DNA from: Elusimicrobiales bacterium | Lineage (GTDB): Bacteria; Elusimicrobiota; Elusimicrobia; Elusimicrobiales; UBA9959 | Assembly: GCA_024681855.1 (NCBI GenBank) | Contig: JAILAB010000064.1 | Span: 3,190 to 67,189, forward strand | Length of the DNA: 64,000 nt | Reading direction: 5' to 3' | Part shown: positions 56,212-64,000 of the stretch, piece by piece | Layout: every line of letters begins with the position of its first letter | How positions within the stretch are numbered: the first letter of the stretch is position 1 | Made by a program: the position numbers and the translations under genes | Notes under the pieces: generated by a model | What the model saw: the letters and a program-made list of their open reading frames with translations, nothing else | What the model was told of the DNA's origin: nothing | The model's database searches: none

Positions 56212-58989
56212 CTATGCTTCAACCTTGGCAATGCTACTGCCAAACCTGTCTTTTGACACGATTATTTTATGCTCTATGCTGTGTTTTAAGGCTGAAACAT
56301 GCGATATTATGCCTACCAGCCTGTTTCCTTTAGCAAGCTCCATAAGTATTCTTTTTGCATTCTCCAAGGCAGAATCATCTAGGGATCCAAACCCCTCATC
56401 CACAAACAGCGTGTCAGTCTGAATGCCTCCGGCATATTCCTGTATTACTTCAGAAAGGCCCAAAGCCAAAGAAAGAGATGCCATAAATGTTTCCCCTCCG
56501 GACAAACTATTAACGCTGCGCTCAGTGCCGTTATAATGGTCAATTACGCTTAAATCAAGTCCCGACTTTGCATTGCTCGAAGCAGCATCGCTGCGTTTAA
56601 GCTCTAATTTTCCGTATGTCATTTGAAGCATATTTACATTTGCCTTGGCCAAGGCCATGTCAAAATAGCTCATGAGAGCGTATGTTTCCAATGTTATTTT
56701 ACTTTGCCCGTTCACATCACCGTTTGCAGTTTTTGACAAAGCTTCCGCCCAAGCATATTTCTCATGCAATTCTTGCGCATGGGCAAATTCTGATTTTACA
56801 TTCTTAAGTGTCTTTTCATTCTGCAATATTCTGCCGTTTATGAAAGAACGAAGCTCTATGGCTGTATTTACTCCTTTTTGCAGTTCTGCTTTTTGCTTTG
56901 CGGCCTCCTGCAGTTCTTTTTCCTCATTGCCAGAAAAATCTCTTTGGTTTTCTTCAATTTGCCCTTCCAGACGGTTTATTTCCTCTTTTATGGCATCATG
57001 TTTTTTTTGTGCCGTTTCTATTTCCTTTTCAATTTTATTTTTTTTCTTTCTGATACAATCCATCGCTTTTTCGGCAGATGATTTATCCGGATATTTAAGG
57101 CCTTTTTTTATTTCATCAGCCTGACGAATTATATTTTCAATATCAGCATTTAGAGCGGCAATAACTTGTTTAAGCAAAGAAATTTCAGCCTCCATGGCCT
57201 TTTTTTCATTTTCACTGTTTGGAATTAATACTTTTAATTCTTTCATCCTGGCCAAACGTTTTTTCTCATTTTTTATGCTGGCTTCCACATCAAGCAGCTG
57301 CTTATCCAAAACATCTTTGCGTTTTTCCGCCTCCTTTGAGGCTACTTCTATGCTAAAGCTGCCAATAAATTCCCTTATTTTCTTTTCAGCTTCATTTTTT
57401 GCCGCAATCAGTTCTGCCTGGATTTTAGCAAAAGCCTCCCTTTTGGCGCTTACTTTCTCATATAGATCTTTAGATTCTTTTTCTGCCCTGCTGACTGTTT
57501 TCTCATCTGGAACATTCCCCTCTTTCACAGCTTTTTTAGGATGCTCTGAAGAACCGCATACAGGGCAAGGCTGTCCGTCTTCCAGCATTTCAGACAAAAT
57601 GCCCGCATAACCGGCAAAAAAAGCCTGCCGCAATGTCTGAGCCTCATTATCCTTTTGACGGAATGTTTTTTCCAGAAGGGACAGTTCTTTGTTTAAATTT
57701 TCGGAATTTATTTTAATCTTGTCCAGGCCAAGAAGGTCTTTTCGCAAATTTTCAATGTTCCTTTGCTTTTCTTCAATTTCCTTCTTTTTATTTTCATTCA
57801 ATATAACTTTTGCTTCAGAATCTGATAAGAAATCCTGCTCTTTTTTCAAATTTTCCAGCCTGACTTCAAGTTCTTTCAAGTTCTTTTCTTTTTTGTCAAA
57901 AGAATGATTGTTTTGTTCAATCTCTCCCTGTTTTACAGACAATCTTTCTAATAAATTCTGCATTTCTCCATATTTTTGCATATCATGCTCTATGGCATTT
58001 GCCTGTTTGTCAAGATTCTTTATTTCAGGCTTATTGCTCACGGCATTTTCCAGGCTTTTTTTTGCTTCTTCAAAAAGAATATTCTCCTGATTTAGTTTTT
58101 GTTTTGCGGAATTATATTTCTTCTTGGTCTCAATAAGATTTTTAAGTTTTCCTATTTCATCATTCTTTTTTTCCAGCCTGGCCTGCAAATCATTGCTGCT
58201 ATGTTCTGCAGCTTCCGATTCTTTTTTGTCCCGGGCTATTATTCGCATTATAAGGCCCGGAATATCAGCACTGAGATTTATTTTTTCCCTAGCCTCTTTC
58301 GCCTCTTTTGAGAGTTCCTCATATTTATCATCGCAATTTATATCATTAACATATCCTTTCGCTTTTTCAAATGATAAATTAAACTGATCTTTTATTGTTT
58401 TAATTTTTTCCTTAATTTTTTCCTGAAATTCGGCATATATGCCAGTGCCGAAAATTTCCCGCAATATTTTCTGTCTTTCTTTTGTCTCGGAAAGAAGAAG
58501 TTTCTGGAAATTGCCTTGCGCAAGCATGACTATCTGCCGGAACTGTCTTTCATCCATTCCGAGCATTTCATTGATTTTAGTTTTTATTTTTTCTTTTTCT
58601 GATATTGTTTTCTCTTCGCCATGATCCGTAAAGGAAAAATTAACATAGCCGTCCTGCTCTTTTGTATATGTTCCGTTTTTTTTCTGCTTTTTATGCCCTC
58701 CAGGGCTGCGCTTTATGCGGTAATTTCGCCCTCTGTGCTCAAATTCCAGATCCACAAATGTTTCATCTTCAATACCGGCATAATTTGAGCGCAGCATTTT
58801 ATCACTGCGAGTCTCTCCGCTGGGGCTGCCGTACAAGGCATAGCATATTGCATCAAATATCGTTGTCTTGCCAGCGCCAGTGTCGCCAGCAATAAGGTAA
58901 ATTCCATTGCCGCCTAATTTTGAAAAATCTATTTCCTGCCTGTCTTTATAAGAACAGAATGCAGACATTATAAGTTTTACAGGTCTCAT
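56212..58989 (-). CDS. sbcC: SbcC / Rad50-like exonuclease ATPase subunit
   Basis: Walker A IAGDTGAGKTTIFDAI, very long coiled-coil, zinc hook CPVCGSSEHP, signature LSGGETFMASLSLALG, Walker B LFVDEGFGSLD. Confidence 0.9.
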   Translation of the reverse strand: MRPVKLIMSAFCSYKDRQEIDFSKLGGNGIYLIAGDTGAGKTTIFDAICYALYGSPSGETRSDKMLRSNYAGIEDETFVDLEFEHRGRNYRIKRSPGGHKKQKKNGTYTKEQDGYVNFSFTDHGEEKTISEKEKIKTKINEMLGMDERQFRQIVMLAQGNFQKLLLSETKERQKILREIFGTGIYAEFQEKIKEKIKTIKDQFNLSFEKAKGYVNDINCDDKYEELSKEAKEAREKINLSADIPGLIMRIIARDKKESEAAEHSSNDLQARLEKKNDEIGKLKNLIETKKKYNSAKQKLNQENILFEEAKKSLENAVSNKPEIKNLDKQANAIEHDMQKYGEMQNLLERLSVKQGEIEQNNHSFDKKEKNLKELEVRLENLKKEQDFLSDSEAKVILNENKKKEIEEKQRNIENLRKDLLGLDKIKINSENLNKELSLLEKTFRQKDNEAQTLRQAFFAGYAGILSEMLEDGQPCPVCGSSEHPKKAVKEGNVPDEKTVSRAEKESKDLYEKVSAKREAFAKIQAELIAAKNEAEKKIREFIGSFSIEVASKEAEKRKDVLDKQLLDVEASIKNEKKRLARMKELKVLIPNSENEKKAMEAEISLLKQVIAALNADIENIIRQADEIKKGLKYPDKSSAEKAMDCIRKKKNKIEKEIETAQKKHDAIKEEINRLEGQIEENQRDFSGNEEKELQEAAKQKAELQKGVNTAIELRSFINGRILQNEKTLKNVKSEFAHAQELHEKYAWAEALSKTANGDVNGQSKITLETYALMSYFDMALAKANVNMLQMTYGKLELKRSDAASSNAKSGLDLSVIDHYNGTERSVNSLSGGETFMASLSLALGLSEVIQEYAGGIQTDTLFVDEGFGSLDDSALENAKRILMELAKGNRLVGIISHVSALKHSIEHKIIVSKDRFGSSIAKVEA

Positions 58990-60236
58990 TATTTAACCTC
59001 CTTTTGATTTCCGCTTATTTCCTCAAATATTTCACTGGCAAATTCACGCTGTTCCTTGCTCATTTCCTTGCCATTAATCATTTTGTACAGTTCATCCAGC
59101 AAATCCATATTGCTTTTTCCGCGCGCATTTTCAGCGGATTTCATTTCCGCATTATTTTTTGTCCGCTCATTGTCATAGTCAAGCAGCATGGCATTAGGAT
59201 AAACTGTGCGCAGAAGGGGCATTCCATAAGGAATGAAATTCTCATCAGTAAGAATTATACGCACATAGTCATTTGTGTCAGTATTCTCATAATTTTCACG
59301 CAGCATTATGTCGCTGTATTTTCCCCGTATTTCCCGCATATCATGCAATGGCTTAAGCGGAAGCTCTTTTATCAAAATTTCAGCACATTTCCCTGCCTCT
59401 TTATCGCCTATATCCAAAAGCGTAACAGTTTTTATATGGTCTTTTTCGGAAAATGAATATTTCAGCGGCGTGCCGCAGTAGCGTATTTTTGGACTGCCGG
59501 CATTCTGCGGGCCATGCAGATGACCAAGCGCCACATAGTCAAAAGGGGCGAAAACGGATGCGTCAACATTGTCAGCGCCTCCGACTGAAATAATATCTTC
59601 GGATTCGCAGCGCTGTGCGCCGGTTACGAACTGATGCGTAATCAGTATATTGCGGCATTCCGGATTTATATTCATCCGTGAAATGGCTGCGCGCACGGCA
59701 TCGTCATAAGTTTTTATTTCCGGGTCTTCAGAATTATCCGAAGCATTGTTTTCAGCCGCCAGGCTGTCCCCATTCTTCACAGCCTCATTTCCAGCTGCCG
59801 CAAGCGCATGACGGAATTCCGGAAGACGCACAAACGGCAGCATATAAAACGCTATGTCCCCGTATTCATCTTTCAGCACAACCGGCTTTATGTCACCATT
59901 GTAAACAGGGGATATGTAAACCCCGCTGCCTGCCATTATTCCGCCGCCGAAGGCTATTCTTTCCGGCGAGTCATGATTGCCGCTTATAATGAAAATGCTG
60001 CCGCCGTACTTTGAAAGCAGCGCAGAAAGGCTGTTAAGAAAAAAATCAAACAAAGCAACCGCATCAGCGGAAGGCACAGACTGATCATAAATATCTCCGG
60101 CTATAAGCACGGCCTGCGGCATGTGCTCCGCGGCAATTTCAAGAATCTGCGACAGAATATGCCGCTGGTCCGGCAGCATTGAAACATTATGAACCTTCTT
60201 GCCTATATGAAGATCCGAAAGATGAATAATTTTCAT
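58989..60236 (-). CDS. sbcD: SbcD / Mre11-like nuclease subunit
   Basis: MKIIHLSDLHIG, IAGDIYD, ISGNHDS, LGHLHG phosphoesterase motifs. Its stop overlaps the sbcC ATG (TAATG). Confidence 0.9.
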   Translation of the reverse strand: MKIIHLSDLHIGKKVHNVSMLPDQRHILSQILEIAAEHMPQAVLIAGDIYDQSVPSADAVALFDFFLNSLSALLSKYGGSIFIISGNHDSPERIAFGGGIMAGSGVYISPVYNGDIKPVVLKDEYGDIAFYMLPFVRLPEFRHALAAAGNEAVKNGDSLAAENNASDNSEDPEIKTYDDAVRAAISRMNINPECRNILITHQFVTGAQRCESEDIISVGGADNVDASVFAPFDYVALGHLHGPQNAGSPKIRYCGTPLKYSFSEKDHIKTVTLLDIGDKEAGKCAEILIKELPLKPLHDMREIRGKYSDIMLRENYENTDTNDYVRIILTDENFIPYGMPLLRTVYPNAMLLDYDNERTKNNAEMKSAENARGKSNMDLLDELYKMINGKEMSKEQREFASEIFEEISGNQKEVK

Positions 60237-60371
60237 TGTATATTCCCCCTAAACATGTAAACAAAAATACAACTGATTCAAATATAAAAAGTAAAAAAAA
60301 CCGCTGACAATAAAATACAAAATATGATGAATTAAACAATTAATGCTTTCATTAAAATACAAAGTATTTCA

Positions 60372-61397
60372 TTATAATAATCCAAGCTGTTCATTTTCCA
60401 TATCTCCGTTTAAACAAAAATACGATTTTTCTAAAATTGCTCTTGCGGTGTAAAAATCAAGCCGTCTTCGTCTTACTCCATTTCTCATATTTCCTTTAAA
60501 AGGAGATAAAATTATATCCTGAGTCTGTTTCCGCAACTCCTGAAGATTTTCATTGCATAAATCAATAAATCTCTGCCTGTCTTTTAAAGGAATGTTAACA
60601 TCAATTACAGAAAGCAGCCGTGAGCTTGTCTTTATCCCTTTTGCCCAGTCATAATCAAATTTTTCCTTAAAATCAAACCTTATCATATTTTCAGGATTTG
60701 TTGTGTCAACCGCTCTTAAGCCGAGCCATGCATTCATAACATTAAACGAAACTTTAAGCGTTTTATGCACAACCGGACGAAGAGATTCAAGACCCCCTAA
60801 ATCTGGTGCTGATTCTGTATTTTTATATACCTTAACTTTAGAAAAATTCTTTTCCTGTTTATCAAAACAAACCACACAGACCGGAGTATCAGTATCTTTA
60901 AAAGGATTCTCTTCCAGAATTGTAATAGAATGCAGCCTGTTTTTTTGTGAAAAAGAAGAATTAATAAAAGTCTCAGGGACAATGGCGACAATATAATCCT
61001 GCGCTTCAAGCATTTTTGCAAGAGCAATAAGATACAGATCATCGTACTTAGAGTTTTCAAAATAATGCTTAACCTCTCCAAGAAGTTTTTTTCTTGCTGC
61101 TGAATAGTTTGAAAGATAAGGCGGATTAGTAATGATTATTGCATTATCAATATGCGGAATCTTATATAGCCCATCATTAATTTCCCAGCCAAGTGAAGGA
61201 TCTATATCCAAGCCTTTTGTTCTCGTGATTCCATACAGCGGAGCACATTTTAAAAGGTCTCCGCCGCCTGCATAAGGATCGTATGCGATATTGCATTTGC
61301 TATTCTTAATAAAGTCAATAATCTGAGGCTTTAACCAGTAAGCAGTTTTTGTAAAGAACTGTCCTTTTGTTATTTTTTTCTTGTCAGCAGCAAACAT
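60372..61397 (-). CDS. N6-adenine DNA methyltransferase-like protein (GQFFT / DPxAGxG / NPPY), no adjacent restriction gene
   Basis: KGQFFTK (motif X), AYDPYAGGGDLL (motif I), IIITNPPYLS (motif IV). 341 aa. The gene is monocistronic between the terminator at 61486-61521 and sbcD. Confidence 0.7.
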   Translation of the reverse strand: MFAADKKKITKGQFFTKTAYWLKPQIIDFIKNSKCNIAYDPYAGGGDLLKCAPLYGITRTKGLDIDPSLGWEINDGLYKIPHIDNAIIITNPPYLSNYSAARKKLLGEVKHYFENSKYDDLYLIALAKMLEAQDYIVAIVPETFINSSFSQKNRLHSITILEENPFKDTDTPVCVVCFDKQEKNFSKVKVYKNTESAPDLGGLESLRPVVHKTLKVSFNVMNAWLGLRAVDTTNPENMIRFDFKEKFDYDWAKGIKTSSRLLSVIDVNIPLKDRQRFIDLCNENLQELRKQTQDIILSPFKGNMRNGVRRRRLDFYTARAILEKSYFCLNGDMENEQLGLL

Positions 61398-61485
61398 AAT
61401 TTTCTTATCAGAATACTATTAAATTTTTTGGTATCAACACTTGTTATACCGCAAAACTTACCAAATGTCAAGCCTGAGCGCATTT

Positions 61486-61521
61486 ATAAAAAAGGTCTGT
61501 GATTTTATATATCACAGACCT
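61486..61521 (-). terminator. Rho-independent terminator after the flavodiiron gene
   Basis: Minus-strand RNA reads AGGUCUGUGAU-auauaaa-AUCACAGACCU (11-bp perfect stem) followed by U5-6. It lies 25 nt after the stop at 61546. Confidence 0.85.
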
Positions 61522-61545
61522 TTCAATGAACTGCTTATACCGTTT

Positions 61546-63339
61546 TTATTTCAAAGGCTCGAAGTCGGCCGGGCCGTGTTTGCACAGGGGACAGACAAAA
61601 TCCTCCGGCAGGTTTTCGCCTTCATAAACATATCCGCATATTTTGCACACCCAGCCTTTTTTGCCTTCTGTCTGCGGTTTGGGCTTAACATTTGCAAAAT
61701 AATAGTCATAAGTCATTGTAGGTCTGTCGCTTATAACGCGGGCTTCACTTACGGAACATATAAACATTCCATGCGTGCCAAGGTCAACATACTGTTCCAC
61801 ATCAAGAGACATGAAGGAATTTATGTATTTTGACAGGAACACAAGCCCGTTGTCAGAGCGGAGAAGATTCTCCTCACCGGCAAATTTATCCTTGTTTCTG
61901 CCGCTGACGAAGCCAAAACGCTCGAATACGGCAAACGGAGCCTCCTCAGAAAGGCAGCAGAGATTCATTTTCCCGGTATTCTTAACCACATGATGAGTGT
62001 AATTGTCCTTGTTTATTGTCACTGCCACGCGGTTGGGTGTATTTGTAACCTGGGAAACGGCATTCACTATCATGCCATTGTCTTTCCTGCCGTCACTTGA
62101 GGTAACAACATAAAGCCCGTATCCTATCTTGAAAAGCGCATTCAGGTCTTTCTTGTCGGCTTTTTCGCTGTTCTGTGCCACATACTCCCTGCATAGCTCA
62201 TCAGCCATTTCATCCAGCTGTTTTCTGTTCTCATCGGAAACAGCGGATTTTATTGTAACGCTCTTTTCAAGGAATGTTATGTTCCTGCAGCCCTCAAGCA
62301 TTTTGCGCATTGTTTTCGCCGCAAGCGGTGCCCAGCTGCCATTCTCTATAAAAGCCACGGTACGATTTCTGAAAGTACGCTCCGTAAGATGATTTATGAA
62401 TTCCTTCATAAAAGGGAAAATATCCGCATTGTATGTCGTTGTGGCAAGAACAATCTTTCCATAGCGGAATGCATCTTCCACATTTTCTGCCATATCCGAG
62501 CGGGCCAGGTCTGTAATGGCAACTTTAGGACAGCCTTTTTCTTTCAGCTTTTCGGCGAGATATTCAGCGGCCTGTTTTGTATTGCCGTATACGGAAGTAT
62601 AAGCCACCATAATGCCTTCAGTTTCAACTCCGTATGAAGACCAGATATTGTAAAGGTTAAGGTAATAACCCAGGTTTTCCGTAAGAACCGGCCCGTGCAG
62701 AGGGCAGATTATTTTTATATCCAGCCCTGCGGCCTTTTTAAGCAAAGCCTGAACCTGTGCGCCGTATTTGCCCACAATTCCTATGTAATAGCGGCGCGCC
62801 TCGCAGGCCCAGTCCTCGTCAGCGTCCAGTGCGCCGAATTTGCCGAAACCGTCTGCGGAGAAAAGCACTTTGTCAGTGCTGTCGTATGTAACGATAACCT
62901 CCGGCCAGTGTACCATGGGTGCAGCCACAAAATTAAGAACATGGCTTCCTAATTCAAGTTTTCCGCCTTCGGCAACCACTATGCGGCGGTCCTCAAATTC
63001 AGTGCCGAAGAAATTCTTCATCATAGCGAAGGCTTTGGCAGAAGAAACTATAACAGCCTCAGGATAGGCTTTCATGAAATTGGCGATATTGGCGGAATGG
63101 TCCGGCTCCATATGCTGTATTACAAGATAATCAGGCCTGCGGCCATTCAGGGCATGTTCCAGATTGTCCAGCCATTCATGGGTGAAATTGCGGTCCACGG
63201 TATCCATAACCGCTATTTTCTCATCAAGAATGACATAAGAATTGTAAGCCATGCCGTTAGGCACTTTATACTGGCCTTCGAAAAGGTCCACCTTGTGATC
63301 ATTAACGCCTATATACTTAATATCTTTAGTAATTTCCAT
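61546..63339 (-). CDS. Flavodiiron protein (FprA core) fused to a flavin-reductase-like domain and C-terminal rubredoxin
   Basis: Metallo-beta-lactamase diiron motif IQHMEPDHS. Flavodoxin VAYTSVYGNTKQAA. Flavin-reductase-like GLYVVTSSDGRKDNGMIVNAVSQVT...SGRNKDKF. Rubredoxin WVCKICGYVYEG...FVCPLCKHG. Confidence 0.85.
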   Translation of the reverse strand: MEITKDIKYIGVNDHKVDLFEGQYKVPNGMAYNSYVILDEKIAVMDTVDRNFTHEWLDNLEHALNGRRPDYLVIQHMEPDHSANIANFMKAYPEAVIVSSAKAFAMMKNFFGTEFEDRRIVVAEGGKLELGSHVLNFVAAPMVHWPEVIVTYDSTDKVLFSADGFGKFGALDADEDWACEARRYYIGIVGKYGAQVQALLKKAAGLDIKIICPLHGPVLTENLGYYLNLYNIWSSYGVETEGIMVAYTSVYGNTKQAAEYLAEKLKEKGCPKVAITDLARSDMAENVEDAFRYGKIVLATTTYNADIFPFMKEFINHLTERTFRNRTVAFIENGSWAPLAAKTMRKMLEGCRNITFLEKSVTIKSAVSDENRKQLDEMADELCREYVAQNSEKADKKDLNALFKIGYGLYVVTSSDGRKDNGMIVNAVSQVTNTPNRVAVTINKDNYTHHVVKNTGKMNLCCLSEEAPFAVFERFGFVSGRNKDKFAGEENLLRSDNGLVFLSKYINSFMSLDVEQYVDLGTHGMFICSVSEARVISDRPTMTYDYYFANVKPKPQTEGKKGWVCKICGYVYEGENLPEDFVCPLCKHGPADFEPLK

Positions 63340-63400
63340 ATTGCTATTCCTCTTTATATTCCCTGCTTCCGTACTGTCTCTCCGGAATGAACCTCAAAAG

Positions 63401-63440
63401 TTCCAGCCGCATTTTTACAGCCTGTTTTCCAGCCGCATTT
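63401..63440. repeat. 14-bp perfect direct repeat TTCCAGCCGCATTT x2 (26-bp period) upstream of the flavodiiron gene
   Basis: Copies at 63401-63414 and 63427-63440, which is 62-101 nt upstream of the ATG at 63339 and 10 nt past the ecsC stop. Confidence 0.6.
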
Positions 63441-63449
63441 ACGGATATT

Positions 63450-64000
63450 TCAGCGGTTATCCCTTCTTACCTTCTGCATTTCGTCCTTAATAAGATTGTA
63501 TTTATGCTGGATTTCGTCATAACCGTATTTTCTTTCCAGCCGCCGCACTATGAAATGACCGCGCGCCATATCCTGGAAATGATCCATGAACAGCGTATTT
63601 ATGGCTGCTCCGCCAGCTGCGCCTATAAGCGGCACTGCCTGCGCCATGGCTTTCTGGCTTACGGTAATACCGAAACGCTCTGCTATTGCCGTCATAAGAC
63701 GTATCAGCGCCGGAGCGGTTTTATCCGCAGTATTCTGTATGGCCGCTTTCTGAAGATAAACAGCCGCCTCCTTAACACTGGCGGAAAGCGCGGCGCGCAC
63801 AGCGTAATATCCGGTTTCAGAACCATCATCGTTGCTGCTCCTTCCTCCCAAAGCGAAAACAGAAAGCGCAGCCATTCTTGTTTCAGGATCAGCGGGATTC
63901 TCGCCTTCCTCCCGCGCTATATCCAGTATGGAGCGCAGCATTATTGTTGTAGTTACAGGCAGTTCCACAGCAAGAGAGCCCATGCCCATCATGCCGGATA
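63450..64000 (-). CDS. EcsC-family protein, 5' end probably beyond window edge
   Basis: LAVELPVTTTIMLRSILDIAREEGENP...LSVFALGG...PLIGAAGGAAINTLFMDHFQDMARGHF matches the EcsC pattern. The frame stays open upstream of the ATG at 63992 to the window end. Confidence 0.7.
   Translation of the reverse strand, partial: SGMMGMGSLAVELPVTTTIMLRSILDIAREEGENPADPETRMAALSVFALGGRSSNDDGSETGYYAVRAALSASVKEAAVYLQKAAIQNTADKTAPALIRLMTAIAERFGITVSQKAMAQAVPLIGAAGGAAINTLFMDHFQDMARGHFIVRRLERKYGYDEIQHKYNLIKDEMQKVRRDNR

Noticed and set aside
56212-60236. SbcC/SbcD pair as part of a phage-defence system with the adjacent methyltransferase
   Set aside because: The sizes, the zinc hook, the Mre11 motifs and the 1-nt stop/start overlap are those of housekeeping SbcCD. 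The methyltransferase is separated by a 135-bp gap and has no defence-specific partner domains.

Overview
64-kb chromosomal window from a moderately AT-rich diderm bacterium. It encodes LptD, and the content looks anaerobe-like (FtcD-type histidine catabolism, a flavodiiron protein, ETF/ACAD). The taxon cannot be fixed from the sequence alone. I call 50 CDS, 44 on the minus strand, often with ATGA-type stop/start overlaps. I found no rRNA, tRNA, CRISPR array, transposase or integrase. Housekeeping blocks: tsaD; ftsX / EnvC-like / ctp; PIN-PhoH; rlmI; lptD-glucokinase-folC-murA; prmC-prfA; rpmE; serS; dacB; yajQ; sbcCD. A complete histidine-to-glutamate pathway (hutH, hutU, hutI, ftcD) is present but split into three places. 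Accessory content: (1) an AT-rich glycan locus (Wzx flippase plus two GT2 genes) and a separate AT-rich polytopic membrane protein gene; (2) three tandem secreted S8 subtilases with I9 propeptides; (3) six genes in two clusters (26.7-31.0 kb and 40.8-44.4 kb) carrying nine copies of one uncharacterised ~190-aa secreted module (FGSYPY...PIEW...WLN...DKVFLLS...TPYA...WWLRSPG...VRP, which I recall as DUF6273-type), with variable charged tails and an in-frame 102-bp tandem repeat; (4) a translationally coupled module of a long acyl-CoA dehydrogenase, an apparent single-chain EtfB/EtfA-C fusion, an orphan histidine kinase, DUF3307 and a DEDDh exonuclease, inserted between ftcD and hutHU; (5) an ATGA-coupled triad of GHL10, a zinc-ribbon/PH protein and a methyltransferase-fold protein; (6) an orphan NPPY DNA methyltransferase beside sbcCD; (7) an FprA / flavin-reductase / rubredoxin fusion; (8) a glutathione-peroxidase gene remnant. 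The secreted-module expansion with its neighbouring subtilases, and the ACAD/ETF-fusion/kinase module, are the best candidates for undescribed biology. All functional calls rest on motif recognition by eye and need HMM or structure confirmation.
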